Below are positions 1 through 7,021 of a stretch of DNA of 10,438 nt, piece by piece. The notes beneath the pieces are model-generated. The model saw only the letters and a program-made list of their open reading frames with translations. It searched no databases and was not told where the DNA came from. A program made the translations under genes and the position numbers. The stretch spans positions 1 to 10,438 of the forward strand of contig JACQVL010000127.1 in assembly GCA_016209865.1 (NCBI GenBank). The letters are read 5' to 3'. Positions within the stretch are counted from its first letter, which is position 1. Each line of letters begins with the position of its first letter. Source of the stretch: Candidatus Latescibacterota bacterium (GTDB lineage: Bacteria > JAAXHH01 > JACQVL01).

Positions 1-90
1 ATGCTCTGAGGTACAGGCCACGATCAGGAGGGTGAGGCCAAACAGGATGAGCGCCGGGGCAGGACAGGATGTCCGACGGTGTGGGAGCAT
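1..90 (-). CDS. Possible 5' end of a lipoprotein gene running off the left edge. Reverse-strand translation from the ATG (complement of 88-90) gives MLPHRRTSCPAPALILFGLTLLIVACTSEH with no stop before the window edge.
   Basis: There are 30 in-frame codons to the window edge. The N-terminus is positively charged (HRR), followed by a hydrophobic stretch and an I-V-A-C lipobox-like motif. No convincing SD precedes the ATG; a heptamer repeat abuts it. Confidence 0.3.
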   Translation of the reverse strand, partial: MLPHRRTSCPAPALILFGLTLLIVACTSEH

Positions 91-92
91 GG

Positions 93-130
93 GGTGGTCG
101 GTGATCGGTGATCGGTGGTCGGTAAAAACC
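93..130. repeat. Tandem heptamer repeat copy A: GGTGGTC GGTGATC GGTGATC GGTGGTC followed by the tail GGTAAAAACC.
   Basis: Read directly from the sequence. The same architecture recurs at 197-234 and 3014-3049. Two GATC sites lie inside the repeat. Confidence 0.8.
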
Positions 131-196
131 AGGAGAAACCGCAATGACCTGTTTCATCTTATATCGGAAAGAGAAACCTTGTCAAGGAGAAAAGAC

Positions 197-234
197 AGTG
201 GTCGGTGATCGGTGGTCAGTGGTCGGTATACACC
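197..234. repeat. Tandem heptamer repeat copy B: AGTGGTC GGTGATC GGTGGTC AGTGGTC followed by the tail GGTATACACC.
   Basis: Read directly from the sequence. The tail is followed by AGAATG, as in copy C (AGCATG). Confidence 0.8.
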
Positions 235-416
235 AGAATGAATGGATTCCCGCTTGCGCGGGCATGACAACATTCAGTACGATGCTGCTCCCTGGTTCCA
301 GAACAGTGGTATGGCTTGGTCTTAACCGACCACCGATTGCCAACAAACAAGGGGCTCCAGTTGCCTGAAGCCCCTCATCTGCCCCTATACCATGCCTGCC
401 CATCGATGAATGACGA

Positions 417-794
417 TTACATCATCTCTTTCGGGAGCGCGGCTGCTTTCCAGCCACCGCCTTCCTTCACTTCGAGCTTCGTCGGGATGATGATGTTCTG
501 CTTGACCGTCCCCGTCACGCGGACCATCTTGGCCATGAGAGCTTCAAACCCGGCTGACTGGGCACCGATCGTGTAGACCATCCCTTTGGCATCGACGATG
601 CCGACCGGGTCGCCGCCCTTCACGCATGCGGCGGCGCACTTCATGTGCTTCTCCCCGACGACTCCTTTCGAGATGTAACACCGAAGGTCGATCAGCTCAC
701 CCTCGATCGTCTGCGACTGCGCACACAGGGTGTACACAGTCCCCAGCAAGCCTGCCATCACGAACGCGAGCGCGATGATGAGTCCTTTCTTCAT
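417..794 (-). CDS. Small secreted protein of 125 aa with four Cys and an N-terminal Sec signal peptide (MKKGLIIALAFVMAGLLGTVYTLCAQS...). Function unknown.
   Basis: An internal ATG at 794 is preceded by GAGGAGGAA 6 nt upstream, and the strongly hydrophobic N-terminus follows from it. The annotated ORF start at 935 would overlap the upstream gene's stop codon and lacks an RBS, so I take 794 as the true start. Confidence 0.65.
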   Translation of the reverse strand: MKKGLIIALAFVMAGLLGTVYTLCAQSQTIEGELIDLRCYISKGVVGEKHMKCAAACVKGGDPVGIVDAKGMVYTIGAQSAGFEALMAKMVRVTGTVKQNIIIPTKLEVKEGGGWKAAALPKEMM

Positions 795-934
795 TATGAT
801 TCCTCCTCGACACGTTGTGTATACAGATAGAGACGATGCGGCAGACACGACACGGTCTTTGCATGGATAGAGCGAGGATGATGAAATCGTATACACAAAC
901 ACCGACGACCGGGTCTGGAGTTCCCGTGAAGACA

Positions 935-1987
935 TTACCGCGCCCAGCGCGCTTCGACCGGAGGCATCGCCGGGAACGGGGCGTGAGGCTCCGACTGGTA
1001 CCAGTAGGCGACCGACGCGATGTCGTCCTCAAGCGGCAAGAATTTCCCGTTCGGCCGCCAGCCGAGAGCCTGGATCGTCACGCGCAGGTCTTGCTCGAAC
1101 CGGATCGGGTCGATGATGTGCCAGCGGTACAGGCCGTGCTTGGGCACTTCCCCCGCCACTTTCCGCCAGAGCGGGTAGCCGAGGAAGGCGGTCGAGAACG
1201 TGTCCCCAAACCCCCACGCTCCGCCGAAATAATCCTCCGTGCCCGTCCCGCAGATCGTCGGGTCCTCCCCGTCCCCGTCGATGAAGAACTTGATCTCCCC
1301 TTCGCCCCACCAGCCGTTAGCGAGCTGCGTCCAGGCGAGCGCGGTGCCGACGTAATGGCCGTGCCCGGCGATCCGGTCGAGGATGACGTGCTCCGGCCGG
1401 GCCTGGGGAGTGGTCGACCGCCGCCATTGCGCATGAAAATACCCGGCATCGTCGGGCACCGGGCTGAGCGCGTAAGTGATCTGGTAGAAAAACCCGTGGA
1501 TGGCTTCGTGGTGCTGGTTCTCGATCGTGATCCGGGCGTGCTTCCGGAACGGCATCGGCCAGTATGAATTGAACCCACCCGACGGGTTGACGACGATGGG
1601 CAGTGAGGTCACGTTGTACCGCAGTCCGTGCCCGTTGGCGAAGAAATCGCCAAGCGGGACCTCGACGGACGGGGTCGTTTCCTCATCCCAGTAGAACCGG
1701 AGGATGCCGTCCCGGTAAAGCCGCTCGGCGACGGTGATCCAGATGTGCTGGATCGTGCCCGGGCCTTCGATCTCGGCTAACGTGGTCGTCGAACGCGGGT
1801 CGAGGGTGATGCACGGCCGGGCTTTCCAGCCTTTGCCCAGGGCGGACGCGGGACTGTTCGCGTCCGGGACGGCGCGGCCGCCGGCGGCTTTGGCGCCCGT
1901 CGGGTTCTCGGCGGAGATCGAGCGGGTCCTGGCGGACGAGAGCATCGGGAGGGCGCTGAAGGCGACGGGGAGCGGGAATGCGGACAT
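935..1987 (-). CDS. DUF2961-like protein, possibly related to GH172 carbohydrate-active enzymes, 350 aa.
   Basis: The ORF is long with normal protein-like composition. It carries motifs that I recall from the DUF2961 family (ISAENPTG; GTGTEDYFGGAWGF; GEGE.KFFIDGDGE). A strong RBS, AAGGAG, lies 6 nt before the ATG at 1987. The family assignment comes from memory of these motifs, not from a search. Confidence 0.8.
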   Translation of the reverse strand: MSAFPLPVAFSALPMLSSARTRSISAENPTGAKAAGGRAVPDANSPASALGKGWKARPCITLDPRSTTTLAEIEGPGTIQHIWITVAERLYRDGILRFYWDEETTPSVEVPLGDFFANGHGLRYNVTSLPIVVNPSGGFNSYWPMPFRKHARITIENQHHEAIHGFFYQITYALSPVPDDAGYFHAQWRRSTTPQARPEHVILDRIAGHGHYVGTALAWTQLANGWWGEGEIKFFIDGDGEDPTICGTGTEDYFGGAWGFGDTFSTAFLGYPLWRKVAGEVPKHGLYRWHIIDPIRFEQDLRVTIQALGWRPNGKFLPLEDDIASVAYWYQSEPHAPFPAMPPVEARWAR

Positions 1988-2007
1988 GGACGGCTCCTTG
2001 TTTAGTC

Positions 2008-2124
2008 CCCCTCACCCCCGGCCCCTCTCCCACTGCGAGGAGAGGGGAGTCGGGTATATCAAATGACTTATTCCCCTTCCTCTCCCCATCGTGGGAGAGG
2101 AAGGGGCCAGGGGATAGTGAGGGG
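2008..2124. mobile_element. MITE-like or REP-like intergenic element, copy 1 (117 bp). Terminal inverted repeats are CCCCTCAC and GTGAGGGG. It contains two internal GC-rich hairpins.
   Basis: A diverged copy in inverted orientation lies at 8945-9060; several blocks of 15-25 bp are shared (listed in the first finding). Hairpin 1 is a 9-bp stem, CCCCTCTCC..GGAGAGGGG, at about 2021-2046. Hairpin 2 is a perfect 14-bp stem, CCCCTTCCTCTCCC/GGGAGAGGAAGGGG, with loop CATCGT, at 2072-2105. Confidence 0.6.
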
Positions 2125-2131
2125 CTTGCTC

Positions 2132-2160
2132 TTGACGACAGACGACGATGGATGTATTAT
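2132..2160 (+). promoter_or_regulatory. Candidate sigma70-type promoter for the downstream PhyH-family gene: -35 TTGACG (2132-2137), 17-nt spacer, -10 TATTAT (2155-2160). A second TATAAT lies at 2168-2173.
   Basis: Hexamer match and spacing read from the sequence. It is the only AT-rich patch in the divergent intergenic region. A GGAGGAGG RBS follows at 2211-2218. Confidence 0.4.
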
Positions 2161-2223
2161 ACCACAGTATAATGGGAGAGAGGCACGATTGCAACAAGGG
2201 AACAGGAGACGGAGGAGGCATGT

Positions 2224-3015
2224 ATGGCTCTCGCGATCCGATCATCCGGGGTGATCAGCGACCGGCAGGTCGAACAGTTCCGTGAACTGGGGTATTTCAT
2301 CATCGAAGAGTTCTTCACGATGGACGAAGTGGAGGCCGTCCAGCGAGAGATCACCCGGATCGTCGATCAGCATCCAAACTTGCCCGGCGAGATGGTGCAG
2401 ATGGAGCCGGTCGTCCGGCGGGGGGAGCGGGTGCCGGAGACGAAAGAACTCGGCGTCCGGAAGCTCTTCCGCATGGCGGTGCACAACGACTTCTTCCGCC
2501 AGCTCGCGTTCTACCCGAAGATGGTCGAGATCGCCGCCGTCCTGCTGGGACCGGACATCAAGCTGTTACAGAGCATGCTCCTGATGAAGCCGCCCCACTT
2601 CGGCGGGAGCAAAATCTGGCACCAGGACAACGCGTATTTCCGGCTCGTCCCGAACGACGTCTTCGGCTTCTGGGTCGCGTGCGACGACACCGACCCGGCG
2701 AACGGGTGCATGCATATCCTGCCGGGGTCGCACACCGCCGGCGTCGCCGAACACTCAGGCATGAATGACGATTACGGCCTCAGCGCCCCGCCGTCCCTCG
2801 ACCGGGCGCTCGCCTGTCCGCTGAACGCGGGCGGGGCGCTCATCTTCCACGGAGAGCTGTGCCACTTCACCCCGGACAACACCACCGACCGGCGGCGGCG
2901 GGCGGTGCAGTATCACTATGCTTCGACCCGGTGCCGCCCGGCAGAGAACAGCCCGTTCCCGGCCAGGATGGGAGAAATCCTGGTCGCCGGGCGCGAGTAC
3001 GAGGGGTGTATTTAG
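2224..3015 (+). CDS. Phytanoyl-CoA dioxygenase (PhyH) family Fe(II)/2-oxoglutarate-dependent oxygenase, paralog 1 (263 aa).
   Basis: Facial-triad motifs W-H-Q-D (HxD) and a distal His in FHGELCHF are present, along with the PhyH-type LPGSH motif. RBS GGAGGAGG lies 5 nt upstream of the ATG. The stop is TAG at 3013-3015. Confidence 0.85.
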   Translation: MALAIRSSGVISDRQVEQFRELGYFIIEEFFTMDEVEAVQREITRIVDQHPNLPGEMVQMEPVVRRGERVPETKELGVRKLFRMAVHNDFFRQLAFYPKMVEIAAVLLGPDIKLLQSMLLMKPPHFGGSKIWHQDNAYFRLVPNDVFGFWVACDDTDPANGCMHILPGSHTAGVAEHSGMNDDYGLSAPPSLDRALACPLNAGGALIFHGELCHFTPDNTTDRRRRAVQYHYASTRCRPAENSPFPARMGEILVAGREYEGCI

Positions 3016-3049
3016 GTCGGTAGTCGGTGGTCGGTGGTCGGTAAAGACC
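3014..3049. repeat. Tandem heptamer repeat copy C: (A)GGTC GGTAGTC GGTGGTC GGTGGTC followed by the tail GGTAAAGACC. It fills the gap between two convergent genes.
   Basis: Read directly from the sequence. It starts inside the PhyH-1 stop codon and ends 10 nt before the RraA-like stop. It is followed by AGCATG. Confidence 0.8.
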
Positions 3050-3059
3050 AGCATGGTGG

Positions 3060-3869
3060 TCACAACGTCTGCGTCTTCCGCCATTCCGCGTAGTCCGCCT
3101 CCATTTCCGGCGTCCACGCGCCGTCCACCTGGCCAGGGGTGTACTTCTTCTCCCGCAACCGCTGGTGTCCCCACCCGTCCCGCAGCCGGGTCTGTTCGGA
3201 TTGCTCGACGACTTCCTGGACGAGGTGAGGGGGAATAAAAATCACCCCTTCTCGCGTCCCCAGCACCACGTCCCCGGGGATGACGGTCGTGTTCCCGATG
3301 CGGACAGGGATGTTGATCCCTAACAACGTGACTCCGTTGATGGCCGTCGGGTCGATCCCGCGCACGTACGACGCCATCGGGATTTCGTACAGGCGTTGCA
3401 GGTCACGAACGCCCCCGTCGATCACCATCCCCGTCTTGCTTTTCGCGTAGATCGAGTTGCCTAAATTATCCCCCGCGAACGTCCCGTCCTTGATCTTCCC
3501 GAACAGGTCGATCACGATCACGTCGTTCTCCTGGAGAGTATCGATCACCCAGGAGTTCTGGCCGCCGATGCAGCCGAGGGCTTTGCCCTGCTCGGCGATC
3601 ACGCTGTTCAGGTCGGGACGGGTCGGGACGAACACCCCGGTGACCGCCCGGCCTGCTAACGGGCGTTCAGGATGGAGAATCATCCAGTTCCCCTCGAACT
3701 GGTACTGGTAGCCCTGTCCCATCATCGTCCCCCACGCTTCCTCGATCGTCACCTTCTTCATCCGTTCGATCAGGTCGTCGGGGACGCGGGGGCGGCCATC
3801 GGGAAACCGGTCGAACGGGTTGGCGGCCGTGACGGCCATCAAGAAATCACGCGAGCTGAGTCCGATCAT
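3060..3869 (-). CDS. RraA family protein: ribonuclease E inhibitor RraA / 4-hydroxy-4-methyl-2-oxoglutarate aldolase / demethylmenaquinone methyltransferase-like fold (269 aa).
   Basis: The family-typical core GDNLGNSIYAKSKTGMVIDGGVRD is present, together with VIDL...G...AG and G.NIPV. RBS AGGAGA lies 7 nt upstream of the ATG at 3869. Confidence 0.8.
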   Translation of the reverse strand: MIGLSSRDFLMAVTAANPFDRFPDGRPRVPDDLIERMKKVTIEEAWGTMMGQGYQYQFEGNWMILHPERPLAGRAVTGVFVPTRPDLNSVIAEQGKALGCIGGQNSWVIDTLQENDVIVIDLFGKIKDGTFAGDNLGNSIYAKSKTGMVIDGGVRDLQRLYEIPMASYVRGIDPTAINGVTLLGINIPVRIGNTTVIPGDVVLGTREGVIFIPPHLVQEVVEQSEQTRLRDGWGHQRLREKKYTPGQVDGAWTPEMEADYAEWRKTQTL

Positions 3870-3883
3870 GAAGGGTTCTCCTG

Positions 3884-3927
3884 AGATTCAGATTTTGGAT
3901 TTTAGATTTTGGATTTTGGATTAAGAG
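3884..3927. repeat. AT-rich tandem repeat (GATTTTG / ATTTTGG / ATTTTAG) of about 4 units, with degenerate flanks, followed by an imperfect hairpin at 3915-3940. It lies in the 80-bp gap upstream of the RraA-like gene.
   Basis: Read directly: agattc agattttgg attttag attttgg attttgg attaag. On the minus strand it reads CCAAAATCCAAAATCTAAAATCCAAAATCTGAATCTCAGGAGAA...ATG. Confidence 0.75.
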
Positions 3928-3949
3928 TCCCAAATCCACTTTTGGCCAC

Positions 3950-4783
3950 TTACTTCGCATGCTCCTCCAGCCAGCCCTTCAGCGGGACGTCGGCGTCGGT
4001 CGGGGAGAACCGGCCGTTGGCGTTGATCCCGTCCCCGAGCAGTTGGCGCCGGATCGGGTCGGTGCAGCCTTCCAGGACGTGGGCGACCGTCATGTCGTCC
4101 TTCGTGCGCAGCCAGCGGTAGCCGTACCCGTAGAACAGCACCTTGCGGGTGATCGTGGAGTAGTTTAGACTGGCGGAGTGCCAGAGCCGCCGGTCGAACA
4201 ACACCGCCGTGCCGGACGGGACGCAGACGGGCGTCGCCCCCGGCGGGTTGGATACCCCGTCCTCCGGGAATTCCAGGGCGTCCCGGAGATGGCTGCCGGG
4301 GATGACGTAGAAATTCCCACGCTCCGCCTGGGTCGTGTCGCTCAGGAAGTACCCCACCTTGAGGGACAGCCGGGGCCGGGGATGGGACTCCATCTCGACG
4401 TTCACCCGGCCGCTGTCCTGGTGCCATCCTAACCGTTTGTGCTCCCGTTCCGTGCCGGGCGCGACGGGCGGGGTGACTCCTAAGTGCGAATGGTAAAGAT
4501 AGATGTTCCACCCTAAGATGCCCCAGACTTTTGGGAAGGTCAACGGCCAGTCGAGCAGTTCCACAAAGACGTCGTCCTTCCCGACGAAATTCGGGTAGAA
4601 GAGCGGGTCGTGGGGGCTGATCCCTTTTTCCTCCCGCTCCCGCGCCCAGATGCGATCGACAGCGGCGGCGAGGCGTTCGGTCAGATCGGGCGGGAGGACA
4701 TCCTTGATGATGAGCAATCCGGTCTCCTCGAACTGACGCCGTTCTTCATCGGTCAGGCGATGAACCAGGCAAGATGGATCCAT
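3950..4783 (-). CDS. Phytanoyl-CoA dioxygenase (PhyH) family Fe(II)/2OG oxygenase, paralog 2 (277 aa).
   Basis: W-H-Q-D-S (HxD) is present, with a distal His in RRLWHSAS and the VIPGSH motif. Its ATG (4781-4783) overlaps the TAA stop (4783-4785) of the upstream gene as TAATG on the minus strand, indicating translational coupling. Confidence 0.85.
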   Translation of the reverse strand: MDPSCLVHRLTDEERRQFEETGLLIIKDVLPPDLTERLAAAVDRIWAREREEKGISPHDPLFYPNFVGKDDVFVELLDWPLTFPKVWGILGWNIYLYHSHLGVTPPVAPGTEREHKRLGWHQDSGRVNVEMESHPRPRLSLKVGYFLSDTTQAERGNFYVIPGSHLRDALEFPEDGVSNPPGATPVCVPSGTAVLFDRRLWHSASLNYSTITRKVLFYGYGYRWLRTKDDMTVAHVLEGCTDPIRRQLLGDGINANGRFSPTDADVPLKGWLEEHAK

Positions 4784-6246
4784 TATTCCCCCTTGTCTTC
4801 TGTCATGATCCCCTTGTAGCCTAACAACCGCTCGGCTTCCTCGATGCCGCCTTGCAGATCCCCCACGGCGTTGATCTTGCCCAAGTCCACCCCGATGGTC
4901 ACCAGCGTCTGAGCAATCTCGGAGGACAGCCCCGTCACGATGACGTTCGCCCCCATCAGCCGGGACGCATCCACCGTCTGCACCAGATGGTTGGCGACGG
5001 TGGCATCCACGGAGGGCACCCCCGTAATGTCGATCACGACGACTTTGGCACGGTTGGCGCGGATGCCGCGGAGGAGTTGCTCGGTCAGTTGGCGGGCGCG
5101 CTGGGCGTCGATCACGCCGATGATCGGGAGAATGAGCAGCCGTTCGCGGACTTGCAGCACCGGGGTGGACAGTTCACGAATGATCTCCTGCTGCTGGCGG
5201 ATGATGTGCTCCCGTTCTTGGACGAACCCCACGGCCACTTGATCTGCCAGTGTCTGGAGGAGCTGACGATCGTAGGCGGTGAACGCGTTGAGCTGAGGGC
5301 TTTCCACGTTGATGACCCCCAGAACACGCTGTCCACTCCGGATCGGGACTGCGAGCTCCGACTTCGTATAATCCGGTGCTCCGATGTATTCGGGATGGAT
5401 ACGAACATCCGGAATGATGATCGCCTCCCCTGTCGCGGCCACCTGGCCCGTCACCCCTTCCTCACCGACCCGGAACCGGGGAAGCATGGTGCGACGGAAT
5501 CCTATCGGACGGTCATAGTGTGCTTTGAAGACCAACTCCTGCCCCTCGATCAGGGCGATCGAAGCATGACTGTAGCCCAAGCGCTCGCAGATCGTCTGCA
5601 CGGTGTTCTCCAGCAGGTCCGTGACGGGCTGCGGGATAGTCAGCTCAGCCGCAATATCCGCCACGAGTGCCAGGCGATTGGCATATACCTGGACCTCAGT
5701 ATAGAGCTCAGCATTCTTGATGGCCACCGCCAGAAAGCTGGCAAGAGACTCGGCAAACTGGAGATCCGCTTCTGTGAAGGCCCCGACCAGAGTCCTGTGC
5801 AGATCGAGCACCCCGATCATCCGGTCGTCGAGGATGATGGGCACGACCAACTCAGATCGGGTCTGATCATCCGGGCCTTCGGACACATAGCGCGGGTCGG
5901 TCGAGACATCATTGACCAGGAGCGGCTTCCCGTTCGCGGTCACCCACCCGATCAGTCCCTGGCCTCCGACGGTGAACCGGAGTTGGGCGGTCAGCCCGTA
6001 CAGGATCACCTCGTTACCCTTGACAAGACCCAACCGGGTGATCTCGTACTCCTCATAATCCTGCATCGCGACCGCCACGGCTCGCGCCAGGGCCGGGAGA
6101 TCCTGGAGGTGCATCACGGTCTGGGCAATCCGGTACAACCCCGCCAACCGCATCACTTGACGCGATGCGTCACCCGGATGCTCGGCGAATGTTCCCAGGG
6201 GAACCAACAGACCCCCAGCCTCGGCTGGAGGCTTTCGAGGGGACAT
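4783..6246 (-). CDS. GAF-GAF-STAS sensor protein with an RsbR/RsbS-type STAS C-terminal domain (stressosome / anti-sigma-antagonist-like), about 487 aa.
   Basis: There are two GAF-like blocks, each with the pattern L...A..GE.....V..HP..IG.PD..SEL.VPI......GV.... The C-terminal STAS domain reads LILPIIGVIDAQRARQLTEQLL...KVVVIDITGVPSVDATVANHL...LMGANVIVTGLSSEIAQTLVTIGVDL. The true start is the ATG at 6246 (MSPRKPP...), preceded by GGAGG. The longer annotated ORF to 6498 has an Arg/Ser/Pro-rich N-terminus that overlaps the upstream gene and has no RBS. Confidence 0.8.
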   Translation of the reverse strand: MSPRKPPAEAGGLLVPLGTFAEHPGDASRQVMRLAGLYRIAQTVMHLQDLPALARAVAVAMQDYEEYEITRLGLVKGNEVILYGLTAQLRFTVGGQGLIGWVTANGKPLLVNDVSTDPRYVSEGPDDQTRSELVVPIILDDRMIGVLDLHRTLVGAFTEADLQFAESLASFLAVAIKNAELYTEVQVYANRLALVADIAAELTIPQPVTDLLENTVQTICERLGYSHASIALIEGQELVFKAHYDRPIGFRRTMLPRFRVGEEGVTGQVAATGEAIIIPDVRIHPEYIGAPDYTKSELAVPIRSGQRVLGVINVESPQLNAFTAYDRQLLQTLADQVAVGFVQEREHIIRQQQEIIRELSTPVLQVRERLLILPIIGVIDAQRARQLTEQLLRGIRANRAKVVVIDITGVPSVDATVANHLVQTVDASRLMGANVIVTGLSSEIAQTLVTIGVDLGKINAVGDLQGGIEEAERLLGYKGIMTEDKGE

Positions 6247-6265
6247 AGAAAACCTCCGCAATCGT

Positions 6266-7009
6266 CTATTCCTCCGGGAACTGCAACGGCGTGCGGCCTC
6301 CGACGCAGGGCGGCCGCAGCAGATCGCGCTGCAGGTCGGTGGTGGCCAGCGCACGGTACGGGGCCAGGCTTTCCGCGTCCGCCCAGGTCGAATGGCCGGG
6401 CGAGTACTTGTACAACAACGACCGGCGCCGGCGATCCGACATCCACGGCCGGGTCCCGTGGACGAGCGCCTCGGTGAAGATGAGCATGTCGCCGGCACGC
6501 AGAGAGGGGTTCACGACTAAATGCGAATCGACCGGGGGACAGTAGTCGATGTTCGCTTTGTGGCTCCCCGGGACGCAGATGAACCCGCCATCGCCGGGGT
6601 TGACGTCCTCTAAGGCGTACATCACCACGATCAGCCCGTTGTGCATCCGCCCATGGACCCACTGGTACTCATGCTCCCCGTGGTCGGCCCGCGGTCCGCC
6701 GTGCAGGTTCGGCCGGGCTTCAGTCCCCTTTGTCATCGTCTCGCGGGTCATCTGCAGCCCGTAGGCATGGTCGAGCCGGAGCCAATCTCCGATGATCGCA
6801 CGCATGATCCGGAGCGTGCGGGGATGCGCCATCAGTTCCAGGAAGCAAGGGTCGAGATCGAGGAACGAGAACCCAAACTTTGACGGCTCCTCTCCCGCCG
6901 GGCTCGCGTCGATCGCCTGATTCATGTGGCCGACATCGTCACCGGACAGGATGTCGCGGTAGACGATGTACCCGTTCAGGTCGAACTCATAGATTTCCGC
7001 TTCAGTCAT
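6266..7009 (-). CDS. Phytanoyl-CoA dioxygenase (PhyH) family Fe(II)/2OG oxygenase, paralog 3 (247 aa), probably with an H-x-E-type metal triad.
   Basis: ICVPGSH and EALVHGT (distal His) motifs are shared with the other two paralogs. Candidate triad residues are in ADHGEHE. RBS GGAGGG lies 6 nt before the ATG, inside the 12-nt gap after the prohibitin stop. Confidence 0.8.
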   Translation of the reverse strand: MTEAEIYEFDLNGYIVYRDILSGDDVGHMNQAIDASPAGEEPSKFGFSFLDLDPCFLELMAHPRTLRIMRAIIGDWLRLDHAYGLQMTRETMTKGTEARPNLHGGPRADHGEHEYQWVHGRMHNGLIVVMYALEDVNPGDGGFICVPGSHKANIDYCPPVDSHLVVNPSLRAGDMLIFTEALVHGTRPWMSDRRRRSLLYKYSPGHSTWADAESLAPYRALATTDLQRDLLRPPCVGGRTPLQFPEE

Positions 7010-7021
7010 CGAGTCCCTCCA

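Noticed and set aside
246-265. Possible rho-independent terminator for the small secreted protein gene (CCCGC-GCAA-GCGGG hairpin).
   Set aside because: The stem is only 5 bp, the trailing sequence is not a clear U-tract, and it lies about 155 nt beyond the stop codon. I kept it only as a note inside the finding on the left-end region.
406-420. Exact 15-mer ATGAATGACGATTAC shared with 2761-2775, inside PhyH-1.
   Set aside because: It is an isolated 15-nt identity with no flanking similarity. The expected number of chance 15-mer matches in a 10-kb window is not negligible (about 0.1), so I treat it as coincidence.
795-935. N-terminal extension of the 417-935 ORF (annotated as 172 aa).
   Set aside because: The extension has no RBS, is Ser-rich low-complexity sequence, and would overlap the stop of the upstream gene. 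The internal ATG at 794 has a perfect GAGGAGG SD and begins a signal peptide.
815-1567. 250-aa plus-strand ORF antisense to the DUF2961-like gene.
   Set aside because: It is Arg/Pro/Asp-rich with low-complexity composition typical of shadow ORFs in high-GC DNA. It has no RBS and overlaps a much better-supported gene.
2008-2124. Possible CRISPR array, suggested by the repeated GC-rich palindromic units.
   Set aside because: There are only two copies, about 7 kb apart, in opposite orientation and diverged internally. There is no regular repeat-spacer periodicity and no cas genes.
3053-3238. ATG immediately after heptamer-repeat copy C, opening a 62-codon frame.
   Set aside because: The frame lies entirely antisense to the 3' end of the RraA-like gene, has Pro/Ser/Arg-rich composition and no SD. 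The ATG may still be a conserved part of the repeat tail rather than a start codon.
4852-6477. 541-aa plus-strand ORF antisense to the GAF-GAF-STAS gene. Other long antisense ORFs are in the same category: 8612-9766 (+), 1078-1578 (-), 3921-4511 (-), 2755-3174 (-), 6153-6662 (-), 7877-8527 (+).
   Set aside because: All lie opposite well-supported genes. They have Arg/Gly/Pro-biased composition and no SD motifs, which makes them high-GC frame artefacts.
6247-6498. N-terminal extension of the 4783-6498 ORF (annotated as 571 aa).
   Set aside because: The extension is Arg/Ser/Pro/Cys-rich and overlaps the 3' end of the PhyH-3 gene in another frame. The ATG at 6246 has a GGAGG SD and follows a clean 19-nt intergenic gap.
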